Positions 38,675 through 46,564 of a stretch of DNA of 64,000 nt are shown one piece after another. A model generated the notes under the pieces. It was not told the DNA's origin. It ran no database searches and worked only from the letters and a program-made list of their open reading frames with translations. The position numbers and the translations under genes were made by a program. The stretch's first letter is position 1. Every line of letters begins with the position of its first letter. Source of the stretch: Candidatus Woesebacteria bacterium (GTDB lineage Bacteria; Patescibacteriota; Microgenomatia; UBA8517); contig OY970314.1 of assembly GCA_963716475.1 (NCBI GenBank), positions 628,790-692,789 on the forward strand, given 5' to 3'.

Positions 38675-39295
38675 TCAGTTTGTAAACTTAAAAGTGGAGA
38701 GAATTTGATTTACCATCTCCAAATCTTGGTTGTCTACGTCTTTTTCTGAAAAACTAGTTGCGATAATCAAAATTTTATTAGTGCTTTTATTTTCTACAAA
38801 CATAGTTGATTCGCGCAGATAGTTATTTACGAGAGAGTATGATAATCCTTCTTGATTACCAATTTTGGCCACTTCAATGGGGGAAAATCTGGCATCACTT
38901 CCTGAATAAATACTCTCCTGCTCATCCAAATATTTTTTTGCAACTCCGTTAACTGTATTTTCATTTTGATACATATTTTCGTATATATCAATTAAAATTT
39001 GGACAGATTTGTCTTTTGTAGCTTCCCTAATAAATCCTATATATCCCGAAGAATCCTTTTTAACACTCTGTTTAAATTCCGATGGATATTTTAAGGTAAC
39101 TTTCCACTCATTGTCTGTAAATGTTCCCCAATTTGCAATCGGGTCAGTGGTTACAATAGCAATTGGATCAGGTGAATAAGGTCCCAGAATCGTTCCCTTT
39201 GGACCAATATGGCTTTTGTAAACAAAATATCCAACAGTCCCCAATATGGCAACTACCAGAATAATAATTATTGGAGCAAAGCCCTTTTGTTTCAC
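38675..39295 (-). CDS. membrane-anchored hypothetical protein
   Basis: 206 aa, N-terminal TM; downstream of repeated element copy 2. Confidence 0.45.
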   Translation of the reverse strand: MKQKGFAPIIIILVVAILGTVGYFVYKSHIGPKGTILGPYSPDPIAIVTTDPIANWGTFTDNEWKVTLKYPSEFKQSVKKDSSGYIGFIREATKDKSVQILIDIYENMYQNENTVNGVAKKYLDEQESIYSGSDARFSPIEVAKIGNQEGLSYSLVNNYLRESTMFVENKSTNKILIIATSFSEKDVDNQDLEMVNQILSTFKFTN

Positions 39296-39388
39296 AATTC
39301 AGTATCTAGTATCAAAATATGAAAAGCAATAATTGAGGCTATCCTTCGACTTTGCTCAGGATCTCGTCGTGCTCGAGATGAGCAGTGT

Positions 39389-39470
39389 GGTCTCGGACCA
39401 TTCAGACCCATAGCTGATTACTCCAAGTGTATCATCTTGAGGCCGAATGAGACAAATGGGACATTATAAA
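39389..39470 (-). repeat. conserved intergenic element copy 2
   Basis: see 36790..36893; minus-strand reading starts with TATAAT then conserved blocks. Confidence 0.4.
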
Positions 39471-39490
39471 GGATTTGTCTCAAGTTGCAC

Positions 39491-39820
39491 CTATTGGATG
39501 TATTCAGAGCCACTTTCAGATAGATCATCCAACAATATTTCAGTGCCGATATCTAAATAATGAATTTTCCTATCTTCTAGAAGTTTTTTAAACTCGCCCT
39601 CTATTGGATAATCGGAAACAACCGATGTAACCTCAATCTTTCCCGACTCAAGAAGCTTTTGGGCCTCTTCAATTGTAGATACATCCATCCAATTATCCGC
39701 CCAATCCCAGAAAGTATATTCACCTGTCGAAAATGGGGAAATTGATAGCTGTACAGGTTTGCTTAAATCTGGTGCATACCTAGGTGAAGTTTCCCAAAAA
39801 CTATTATGTTCCTTAGACAT
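39491..39820 (-). CDS. hypothetical protein
   Basis: 109 aa ORF. Confidence 0.4.
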   Translation of the reverse strand: MSKEHNSFWETSPRYAPDLSKPVQLSISPFSTGEYTFWDWADNWMDVSTIEEAQKLLESGKIEVTSVVSDYPIEGEFKKLLEDRKIHYLDIGTEILLDDLSESGSEYIQ

Positions 39821-39980
39821 CGGTTTATTCTACCATATCAAAAAACTGGCTCCAGAAAAGAGATTCGAACGGAGGGTTTTTGAGGGTAAAGGACGGTTAT
39901 AATCCTCATCTTTCAAAATAGCACTTTAGGAGGAAAACATGGGCTATTCGAGACACTCGGGTCACTAGGGGTGCATATGC

Positions 39981-40054
39981 TGGCTGCGGGACAGGGATTT
40001 GAACCCCGATACCAGCCTCCAGAGGGCCGTGTCCTACCGTTAGACGATCCCGCA
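39981..40054 (-). tRNA. tRNA-Gln (anticodon CUG), CCA encoded
   Basis: minus strand TGCGGGA-tc-GTCtaacggtagGAC-a-CGGCC-cuCUGga-GGCTG-gtat-CGGGGttcaaatCCCTG-TCCCGCA-G-CCA; 7-bp acceptor, TΨC loop TTCAAAT. Confidence 0.8.
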
Positions 40055-40093
40055 TTATTTCTTCAAAGAGCAGGCTAACGGCCAAGCTCCGCT

Positions 40094-40115
40094 TACCGTT
40101 AGACGATCCCGCATT
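40094..40115 (-). repeat. 22-bp direct repeat of tRNA-Gln 5' end (copy of 40035..40056)
   Basis: identical 'taccgttagacgatcccgcatt' 59 bp upstream of the tRNA on the same strand; no T-arm/3' acceptor follows. Confidence 0.45.
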
Positions 40116-40168
40116 GTGTCGGAAGCACGCCTATTATACCATTCCTAGCTTGACGTTTGAGGCGGTGA

Positions 40169-41323
40169 TTAATCGGACCTTTGGAACGTTTTGAGAGTGA
40201 GGGCGCCAAGACCTGTCCAGAGGACGACAAGTCCGATTAGAAATCCGACTATCGGAATCGCCCTCAAAATAAATATTGTCAAAAGTCCGAATGCAGACGC
40301 ACCATAAGTTGATGATTTCCAATTAAACTTCCGGAAAATCCAATTCCCCAACGGCAAACTAACCACAATTTTTGCCAGATAAAAATAAAGAAGAAGCATT
40401 AAAAACGCCAAACCCGCAAGAGGTATTCCGACTACGGTAATAAGTAAAACAATTAAACCGGGAACGAATGCTATGGTTACTAAAAATCCGACTCCCAAGC
40501 TTTTCCAAAATGAACCGGAGACGATGCCCGATGTTTCTGTAAAATGCCTGCCAAACAGTTTAAAGTAAAGAAATCCCACTATTAGTGAGCCTATTAGGAA
40601 AATGATTGAGCCGCCGAATTTTGCGGCGTTAAAAATGGCGGGAATATTCTTTTTTGTAGCTTCTAAGCCGGCGCTTGCTGTTGCCGTTTTTGCTTCGGAT
40701 TTATAAACGCTTCCTGCAATCTTGGCTCCCGCTGCTATATTTGCCTGTCCCTGTCCGTTTCCCGCGGCATAGTATAAATCCTTACCGATTTTAGTATCGC
40801 TTCCGATTGTCAAAGATTCGGTTCCTGCATAGACGCTGCGTTTTACCTGTGAGTCTATTGAGAGTGTCCCCACTCCCGCAAGAACTGAGCCGCCGATAAC
40901 GGAATCTTTATCAATATTAACTGTTGCTGCCCCGATAAGGAGAGATCCGCCAATTGAAGCAGAACTTACCAAAACATTTTGGGCGCCGACATATACATTT
41001 CCTTTCACCGTACCGCCAAGATCAACAGAATTTGCTCCTATGTGCAAATTTCCGTTAATAATACCGGAGATTTTTACGGTCTGGGCACCGATAAATACGT
41101 CCCCGTTAACTGTTCCCGCAATCTCAACTATCTGGGCACCGATGAAAAGATCGTCATTAACAACCTCGGTTTTTGCAATGGTTACGTTTCCCTTATCGTT
41201 TGCAATTGCTTTTGCAGAAACGGTTCCCACGGAAAAAACAAAGAAAGTAAATACAAAAATCAGAAACGAGGTAACAACTCTTCGCATAACAGATTCATTA
41301 TATCTCAACTGTGTAAATTTCAA
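40169..41323 (-). CDS. beta-helix repeat (bactofilin/polymer-forming-like) protein with C-terminal polytopic membrane domain
   Basis: repeats 'GTVNGDVFIGAQTVKISG','GNLHIGANSVDLGG','GNVYVGAQNV'; C-terminal 4-5 TM. Confidence 0.45.
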   Translation of the reverse strand: MKFTQLRYNESVMRRVVTSFLIFVFTFFVFSVGTVSAKAIANDKGNVTIAKTEVVNDDLFIGAQIVEIAGTVNGDVFIGAQTVKISGIINGNLHIGANSVDLGGTVKGNVYVGAQNVLVSSASIGGSLLIGAATVNIDKDSVIGGSVLAGVGTLSIDSQVKRSVYAGTESLTIGSDTKIGKDLYYAAGNGQGQANIAAGAKIAGSVYKSEAKTATASAGLEATKKNIPAIFNAAKFGGSIIFLIGSLIVGFLYFKLFGRHFTETSGIVSGSFWKSLGVGFLVTIAFVPGLIVLLITVVGIPLAGLAFLMLLLYFYLAKIVVSLPLGNWIFRKFNWKSSTYGASAFGLLTIFILRAIPIVGFLIGLVVLWTGLGALTLKTFQRSD

Positions 41324-41382
41324 TAGACGAAATGTTGTTAAAAAAAGGTTTTCTTAAAAGGTTATTATATAATCTCAGATAT

Positions 41383-43149
41383 ATGAAAAACATTTTCAAA
41401 ATTATCCGGGTGTCAAAACCTTTATATAAGATTCTGGGGGTCATTGCCTTTTTAATATTAATAAGTGCCCTCCTCGGGCTTGCTACTCCCCTTGTTTCCA
41501 AATTAATCGTCGATGACATTGTGGCACAAACCAACGGAGCAAAAGGCAATTTAAATAATTTGGTTCTCCTGATCGCCTTAACCTTTGGCATAAACCTTAT
41601 CGGAATTATTGTTTCGGGTCTTTCGGACCGCATCGGGGACCACTTTGCAGGCGAACAAAGAAAACTCTTAACCGAAAAATTCTACAACAAAGTTCTGACT
41701 TTACCCCAAACATATTTTGACACCGAAGTTTCCGGAAAAATGATAAACCAGCTAAGCCGGGGTATTGCCACAATCCAAAATTTCACCAACGCTGCAACCA
41801 ACTTTATTCTTCCTTCGTTTTTACAAAGCATTTTTATTATTATTGTCCTTGCCCGTTACAACCCCCTTATCTCCCTTTTGGTGTTTATTCTTTTTCCCAT
41901 TTATCTGGCTCTCTCCTACTATTCATCAATCAGGTGGGGAGTTGCTGAAGTTAAGAAAAATAAAATTGAGGATACCCTGCGCGGCAGGATACAGGAGGTA
42001 ATCGGTAATATTAGAATCGTAAAAGGTTTTCTGACGGAAAAGACGGAATTTTTGTTTTCTTCAAAGAAACTTACGGAAATTAATAGAATTTACGCCAAAC
42101 AGAGTTCAACATATCATTGGATCGATTTTGCCAGAAACCTGAGCCTTATCATTATCCTTCTGGGAATAAATATTCTGATTTTTTATCAAACTTTTACTGG
42201 AGTTATGACAATAGGAGTCATGGTTCTTATTATCCAGCTTGTTATGCAGGCCAGGGCGCCCCTATTCGGAATGTCATTTATATTGACCCAGCTCCAGAAC
42301 GCGGAGAGCGGATCCAAAGAATTTTTTGAAATTTTGGATCTTCCGGGAATGGAAAACTTCAGTAAAACCGGTATTTCCAAAAAATTTGTTGCTCCCTCAA
42401 TCCAATTTAAAAATGTTTCTTTTAAATACCCCGAATCCGGGAATGTTTTAAACGGCGTAACTTTTACAATCAATCCGAAAGAGAAAATAGCACTTGTAGG
42501 GCATTCCGGGGCAGGTAAAACCACTATTACAAATTTGATACTTAAATTATACGAACCGACCCGCGGAGATATATTCATTTCCGGTAAAAACTACAAGAAA
42601 CTTAAATTTACCGATGTCCGTCAAAATATTGCCCTGGTTTTTCAGGAAAATGAACTTTTTTCCACAAGCGTCAGGGAAAATGTAGCTTACGGAACTAATG
42701 CAACCGAAGCCGAAATTGTTTCCGCCATAAAGTCGGCTAACGCCTGGAGTTTTGTTCAAAAACTTCCCCACGGAATCGATTCGGAAATCGGCGAACGCGG
42801 AGTACGTCTTTCCGGCGGACAAAAACAAAGAATTCAAATCGCCCGGGCTATTCTAAAAAATGCCCCTATTTTGATTTTGGATGAAGCCACAAGCAGTCTG
42901 GATGCAAAAAGCGAAATGGAAGTCCAGGATGCACTTGAAAAACTGATGAAGGATAAACTGGTTATTATAATTGCCCACAGATTTTCAACTCTCCAAAATG
43001 TTGACCACGTTATAGTTCTTGATCGCGGAAAGATTACACAAAAAGGAACCCCAAGAGAATTGGCAAAGGAAAAGGGAGTTTACTCCGATCTTCTCAAATA
43101 TCAGATAGCAGGCAATAAGAAGTTACTGGAAGGATTTGAACTGGTTTAA
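41383..43149 (+). CDS. ABC exporter, fused permease/ATP-binding (MsbA-like)
   Basis: 6 TM + 'GHSGAGKTT' Walker A, 'LSGGQKQRIQIARA' signature, 'ILILDEATSSLD' Walker B; start moved to Met18 (TATAAT 7 nt upstream). Confidence 0.8.
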   Translation: MKNIFKIIRVSKPLYKILGVIAFLILISALLGLATPLVSKLIVDDIVAQTNGAKGNLNNLVLLIALTFGINLIGIIVSGLSDRIGDHFAGEQRKLLTEKFYNKVLTLPQTYFDTEVSGKMINQLSRGIATIQNFTNAATNFILPSFLQSIFIIIVLARYNPLISLLVFILFPIYLALSYYSSIRWGVAEVKKNKIEDTLRGRIQEVIGNIRIVKGFLTEKTEFLFSSKKLTEINRIYAKQSSTYHWIDFARNLSLIIILLGINILIFYQTFTGVMTIGVMVLIIQLVMQARAPLFGMSFILTQLQNAESGSKEFFEILDLPGMENFSKTGISKKFVAPSIQFKNVSFKYPESGNVLNGVTFTINPKEKIALVGHSGAGKTTITNLILKLYEPTRGDIFISGKNYKKLKFTDVRQNIALVFQENELFSTSVRENVAYGTNATEAEIVSAIKSANAWSFVQKLPHGIDSEIGERGVRLSGGQKQRIQIARAILKNAPILILDEATSSLDAKSEMEVQDALEKLMKDKLVIIIAHRFSTLQNVDHVIVLDRGKITQKGTPRELAKEKGVYSDLLKYQIAGNKKLLEGFELV

Positions 43150-43154
43150 ATAGG

Positions 43155-43400
43155 ATGTACTTTATTTATATTCTTTTGTGTACAGACGGGAGTTATTACA
43201 TCGGCTCTACAAACAATGTGGAGAAACGTTTCAAAGATCACCTGGATGGTAAAGGTGCACGGTATACCAAAAGTCATCAACCCAAAAAAGTGGTTTACCA
43301 GGAAAAGTTCTCCACAAAATCAGAGGCTCTGAGGCGTGAAGCAGAACTTAAGAAATGGACTAAAGCGCAAAAGCAAGCTTTAATTAACGGAGAGGTCTAA
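43155..43400 (+). CDS. GIY-YIG nuclease family protein (UPF0213-like)
   Basis: 'FIYILLCTDGSYYIGSTNNVEKRFKDH' GIY-YIG motif, 81 aa. Confidence 0.7.
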   Translation: MYFIYILLCTDGSYYIGSTNNVEKRFKDHLDGKGARYTKSHQPKKVVYQEKFSTKSEALRREAELKKWTKAQKQALINGEV

Positions 43401-43402
43401 AT

Positions 43403-43825
43403 CTATTTTTTATATAGTTTTGCGAGGCTAACAATCCCTGTAACCAGTAAGATAAGAATAACCGTCCGAATGATACTTAACATAATCGGTTGAATCAGAA
43501 ATATTCCAACTTCTTTAAAAAATGGTATCTGCAAGCTCGCCATGCAAACAAAGGTGGACTGAATTGCAAATATTATTAACCCAAAAACTATAAAGCTTAA
43601 GGATTTACCGATTTTCCCCTGCACAAAAAGGTCGATATCGGATATAAGGTAAAAAAGCCAAAAAATAACCAAAAGGTTCAAAATTTCCAAAAAATAGATT
43701 ACTATGCCGTTCATTGTATGAAACGCAGGATCATTTCTTGCCAAAACAAAGGGAACAACCACAAATAAAACACCTATCGCTATCAATGAATATTTTTTAA
43801 TGCTCCTAATTTTTTCTATCTTCAT
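43403..43825 (-). CDS. membrane protein
   Basis: 140 aa, 4 TM. Confidence 0.4.
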   Translation of the reverse strand: MKIEKIRSIKKYSLIAIGVLFVVVPFVLARNDPAFHTMNGIVIYFLEILNLLVIFWLFYLISDIDLFVQGKIGKSLSFIVFGLIIFAIQSTFVCMASLQIPFFKEVGIFLIQPIMLSIIRTVILILLVTGIVSLAKLYKK

Positions 43826-44463
43826 GGTGTTTTATATACTGATGTAAATTTTATATCAGGATACTTAACCAAAACAACTTGGGCTGCATAAAGGGCCGGT
43901 TTACCAAAGGCATCTACATAAACTTCGACCACTTTTTCAATATCAGAAAACGGGTCTTTAGTTAAAACTCCAATTTTCCCCGATTCGTCTATATCAAGTC
44001 CGGATTTTTTTGCTACTTTTATACAAAACGGTCTTCCCAAAATGTCACATTCATTCTTGATAATTTCATTAACTATCTTTTTTATATCATACCGGCTGGA
44101 GATTTCAACGCCGATAGCCTTCTGAAGTGGATGGGTAGAAACATCAACCTTATTAAAATTCGCGGGCGCATTAATTGCTTCATTAAAATAAATTAGCTTC
44201 AAAAACGGTTCCCCGAGACTGACCAGAAAAAGAGAGGCACCAAAAACTGTAGCACCGATCCCTATAATATATTTAAAGGGATCCGGAGATAAATTCTTTA
44301 ATATGTAACCTCCGATAAACAAAGAAGAAACGCCAATTAACGCAATGGGTAGATAGACCAAACAATAATAGAGAAATGCTTTAACCTTTATATTTGACGG
44401 TTCGCTTGATAAGCGGTTAAACATCATCATCTTTATCAATATCATTATATATTCTGCCCGCAA
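43822..44463 (-). CDS. membrane protein
   Basis: 213 aa; 4-nt overlap with downstream gene. Confidence 0.4.
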   Translation of the reverse strand: MRAEYIMILIKMMMFNRLSSEPSNIKVKAFLYYCLVYLPIALIGVSSLFIGGYILKNLSPDPFKYIIGIGATVFGASLFLVSLGEPFLKLIYFNEAINAPANFNKVDVSTHPLQKAIGVEISSRYDIKKIVNEIIKNECDILGRPFCIKVAKKSGLDIDESGKIGVLTKDPFSDIEKVVEVYVDAFGKPALYAAQVVLVKYPDIKFTSVYKTP

Positions 44464-44526
44464 TTTTTGAAGTCTTAAGTCTTAGCCCCTGTTACTGGAG
44501 GCAAAAATTTGCTATATTTTTAACTT

Positions 44527-45183
44527 GTGGGAATACTTACATCGCTAATTAATTTCATTCTTCATATTGATACCCATTTGGGGCAAATTATTGCGGGCTA
44601 CGGAACATTGACCTATATATTTATGTTTGCAGTTATTTTTGCCGAAACGGGTTTTGTTTTTACTCCGTTTTTGCCCGGGGACTCGCTTATTTTTGCAGCC
44701 GGGGCTTTCGCGGCAATCGGCTCTTTTAATGTGGTCTTCCTTATTCTTCTTTTTTGGTCCGCCGCTTTTTTGGGCGATACCGCTAACTACTGGATCGGGC
44801 ACTTCTTCGGTCAAAAAATAATCGACAACCCCAAGCTTCCCATCAATCAGAATCACATCGATAAAACCCGGAAATTTTATGATAAATACGGGGGCAAAAC
44901 TATATTTCTGTCGCGCTTCGTTCCGATAGTCAGAACTTTTGCACCGTTTGTAGCCGGTATCGGAAAAATGGAGTATAAAAAGTTTATTACCTATAACGCC
45001 ACAGGAGGTCTGACCTGGGTATGCGCATTCACACTTCTGGGTTACTTCTTCGGCAACCTCCCCGGAGTTAAAGAAAATTTTTCGTTAGTAGTTTTGGCTA
45101 TCATCGTCCTGTCCATCTCCCCGATCTTAATTGAATTTGCTAAAGCAAGACTAAAAAAAGGAAGTTCGTCCTCTCAAATCTAA
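44527..45183 (+). CDS. DedA family membrane protein
   Basis: 'AVIFAETGFVFTPFLPGDSLIFAAGAF' DedA consensus; GTG start with TATATT 8 nt upstream. Confidence 0.7.
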   Translation: MGILTSLINFILHIDTHLGQIIAGYGTLTYIFMFAVIFAETGFVFTPFLPGDSLIFAAGAFAAIGSFNVVFLILLFWSAAFLGDTANYWIGHFFGQKIIDNPKLPINQNHIDKTRKFYDKYGGKTIFLSRFVPIVRTFAPFVAGIGKMEYKKFITYNATGGLTWVCAFTLLGYFFGNLPGVKENFSLVVLAIIVLSISPILIEFAKARLKKGSSSSQI

Positions 45184-45809
45184 GGCGGACCGCGTTCAAT
45201 TCTGAGAATATTTGCTTCCACCTCATCCCAATTAATCACATTCGTCCAAGCTTTTATATATTCGTCTCTCCTATTCTGGTATTTCAAATAGTAAGCGTGC
45301 TCCCAAACATCAATCCCAAGTATGGGAATTTGTCCTGCAGAAATGGGCGAGTCCTGGTTTGAAGTCGTTACAATATCAAGATCTGGTTGGTTATTAAGTG
45401 CAACCAACCAGGCCCACCCCGACCCGAATATTCCAACTGACCTTTTTGTAAACTCTTCCAAAAATCGTTCAAGATTGTCCCACTTAGTCCCAATCATTTG
45501 ATATGTTAATTCGCCGGGGGTAGTTTTTTCCGGAGTCATTATCTTCCAGAAAAAACTATGGTTAACATGCCCCCCGGCAAAATTAACGACAGGCTGCCTG
45601 ATCTCAGGACTGATCGTTCCAAGATTAGCGAGCATGTATTCAGCTGTAACACCTTTCAGACTTGCATCTTTCCCGATAATGAGGTTTAATTTGTCGATAT
45701 ACCCCTGATGATGTTTCAGGTAGTGGATTTCCATAGTTTTCTTATCTATATATGGTTCCAATGCATCGAATGAATATTTAAGTTGCGGTAGTTTAAACAT
45801 CATAGTCAA
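45180..45809 (-). CDS. sod: Fe/Mn superoxide dismutase
   Basis: 'LPQLKYSFDALEPYIDKKTMEIHYLKHHQGYI', 'DVWEHAYYLKYQNRR' canonical Sod_Fe motifs. Confidence 0.85.
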   Translation of the reverse strand: MTMMFKLPQLKYSFDALEPYIDKKTMEIHYLKHHQGYIDKLNLIIGKDASLKGVTAEYMLANLGTISPEIRQPVVNFAGGHVNHSFFWKIMTPEKTTPGELTYQMIGTKWDNLERFLEEFTKRSVGIFGSGWAWLVALNNQPDLDIVTTSNQDSPISAGQIPILGIDVWEHAYYLKYQNRRDEYIKAWTNVINWDEVEANILRIERGPP

Positions 45810-45859
45810 GATTATGAATTATTTAGGATCCCGGTTCTGTAATAAATCTAACAAAATGT

Positions 45860-46534
45860 ATGACTGAACAGGAATTTTTTACCAAAAATGGGTCGAGGTT
45901 AAGATTCAAAAAGGGTGATATTTTAATCAGGAGTGAGGAAGAGCCTGCAGGAATTTATTTCCTGAAATCCGGCATTATTAAAATGAGCACTTTTTTTAGC
46001 AACGGAACCGAAATAACTTTTAACTTTTTTAAACCCGGATCCTTTTTCCCAATGATGCTGGTTCTCTCCAAAGCCAAAAATTCCTATGATTTTCAGGCAG
46101 TAACGGACGCCGTCACCTACAGAGTTTCCCAAAAAGAGGTCCTGGAGTTTCTGGAAAGTGAAGGTGCGGTCTACTCCGATCTGGTCAGAAGAATTCTAAT
46201 AGGTTTCGCCGGACTTCTGGGTAGTCTACCCTACTTATTGTCCGGGAACTCGACCAAAAGGGTTGCCGCGGCAATTCTTTTTCTTGAACGCCGTTTTGGG
46301 CAAAAGACCAAAGATGGTCTAACCCTGAGCATCAGAGTCCGGCATGAAGATCTGGCCGGAATGGCAGCCTTGACCCGCGAAACAGTAAGTCTGGTAATTG
46401 AGAAGCTGGAAAGAAAAAAGATTATTCAACAAAAAAACAGGTTTATTATAATTAAACAGCCTGAAGAGCTTAAAACTCTGGCCGGCATGGAAGAACCGTC
46501 AGATCCATCTTTAACAAAAGACATAATCATCTAA
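45860..46534 (+). CDS. Crp/Fnr family transcriptional regulator
   Basis: N-terminal cNMP-binding-like beta-roll, C-terminal HTH 'TRETVSLVIEKLERKKII'. Confidence 0.65.
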   Translation: MTEQEFFTKNGSRLRFKKGDILIRSEEEPAGIYFLKSGIIKMSTFFSNGTEITFNFFKPGSFFPMMLVLSKAKNSYDFQAVTDAVTYRVSQKEVLEFLESEGAVYSDLVRRILIGFAGLLGSLPYLLSGNSTKRVAAAILFLERRFGQKTKDGLTLSIRVRHEDLAGMAALTRETVSLVIEKLERKKIIQQKNRFIIIKQPEELKTLAGMEEPSDPSLTKDIII

Positions 46535-46564
46535 CGGGCTATCAGGGGCAAATAACCTCAATTC

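Noticed and set aside
39845-39935. tRNA-like T-loop sequence (minus strand cgTTCGAATCtcttttctggagcca) next to tRNA-Gln
   Set aside because: I could not pair a T-stem or acceptor stem, and no cloverleaf can be built, so it is not called as a tRNA. It may be a degraded tRNA remnant; tRNAscan-SE would settle it.
40055-40130. Possible second tRNA upstream of tRNA-Gln, since it shares the first 20 nt
   Set aside because: After the shared acceptor/D-arm segment the sequence has no anticodon or T arms. It is treated as a 22-bp direct repeat instead.
41298-41633. 111-aa minus-strand ORF
   Set aside because: It is entirely antisense to the 5' end of the well-supported ABC exporter gene and has no motifs.
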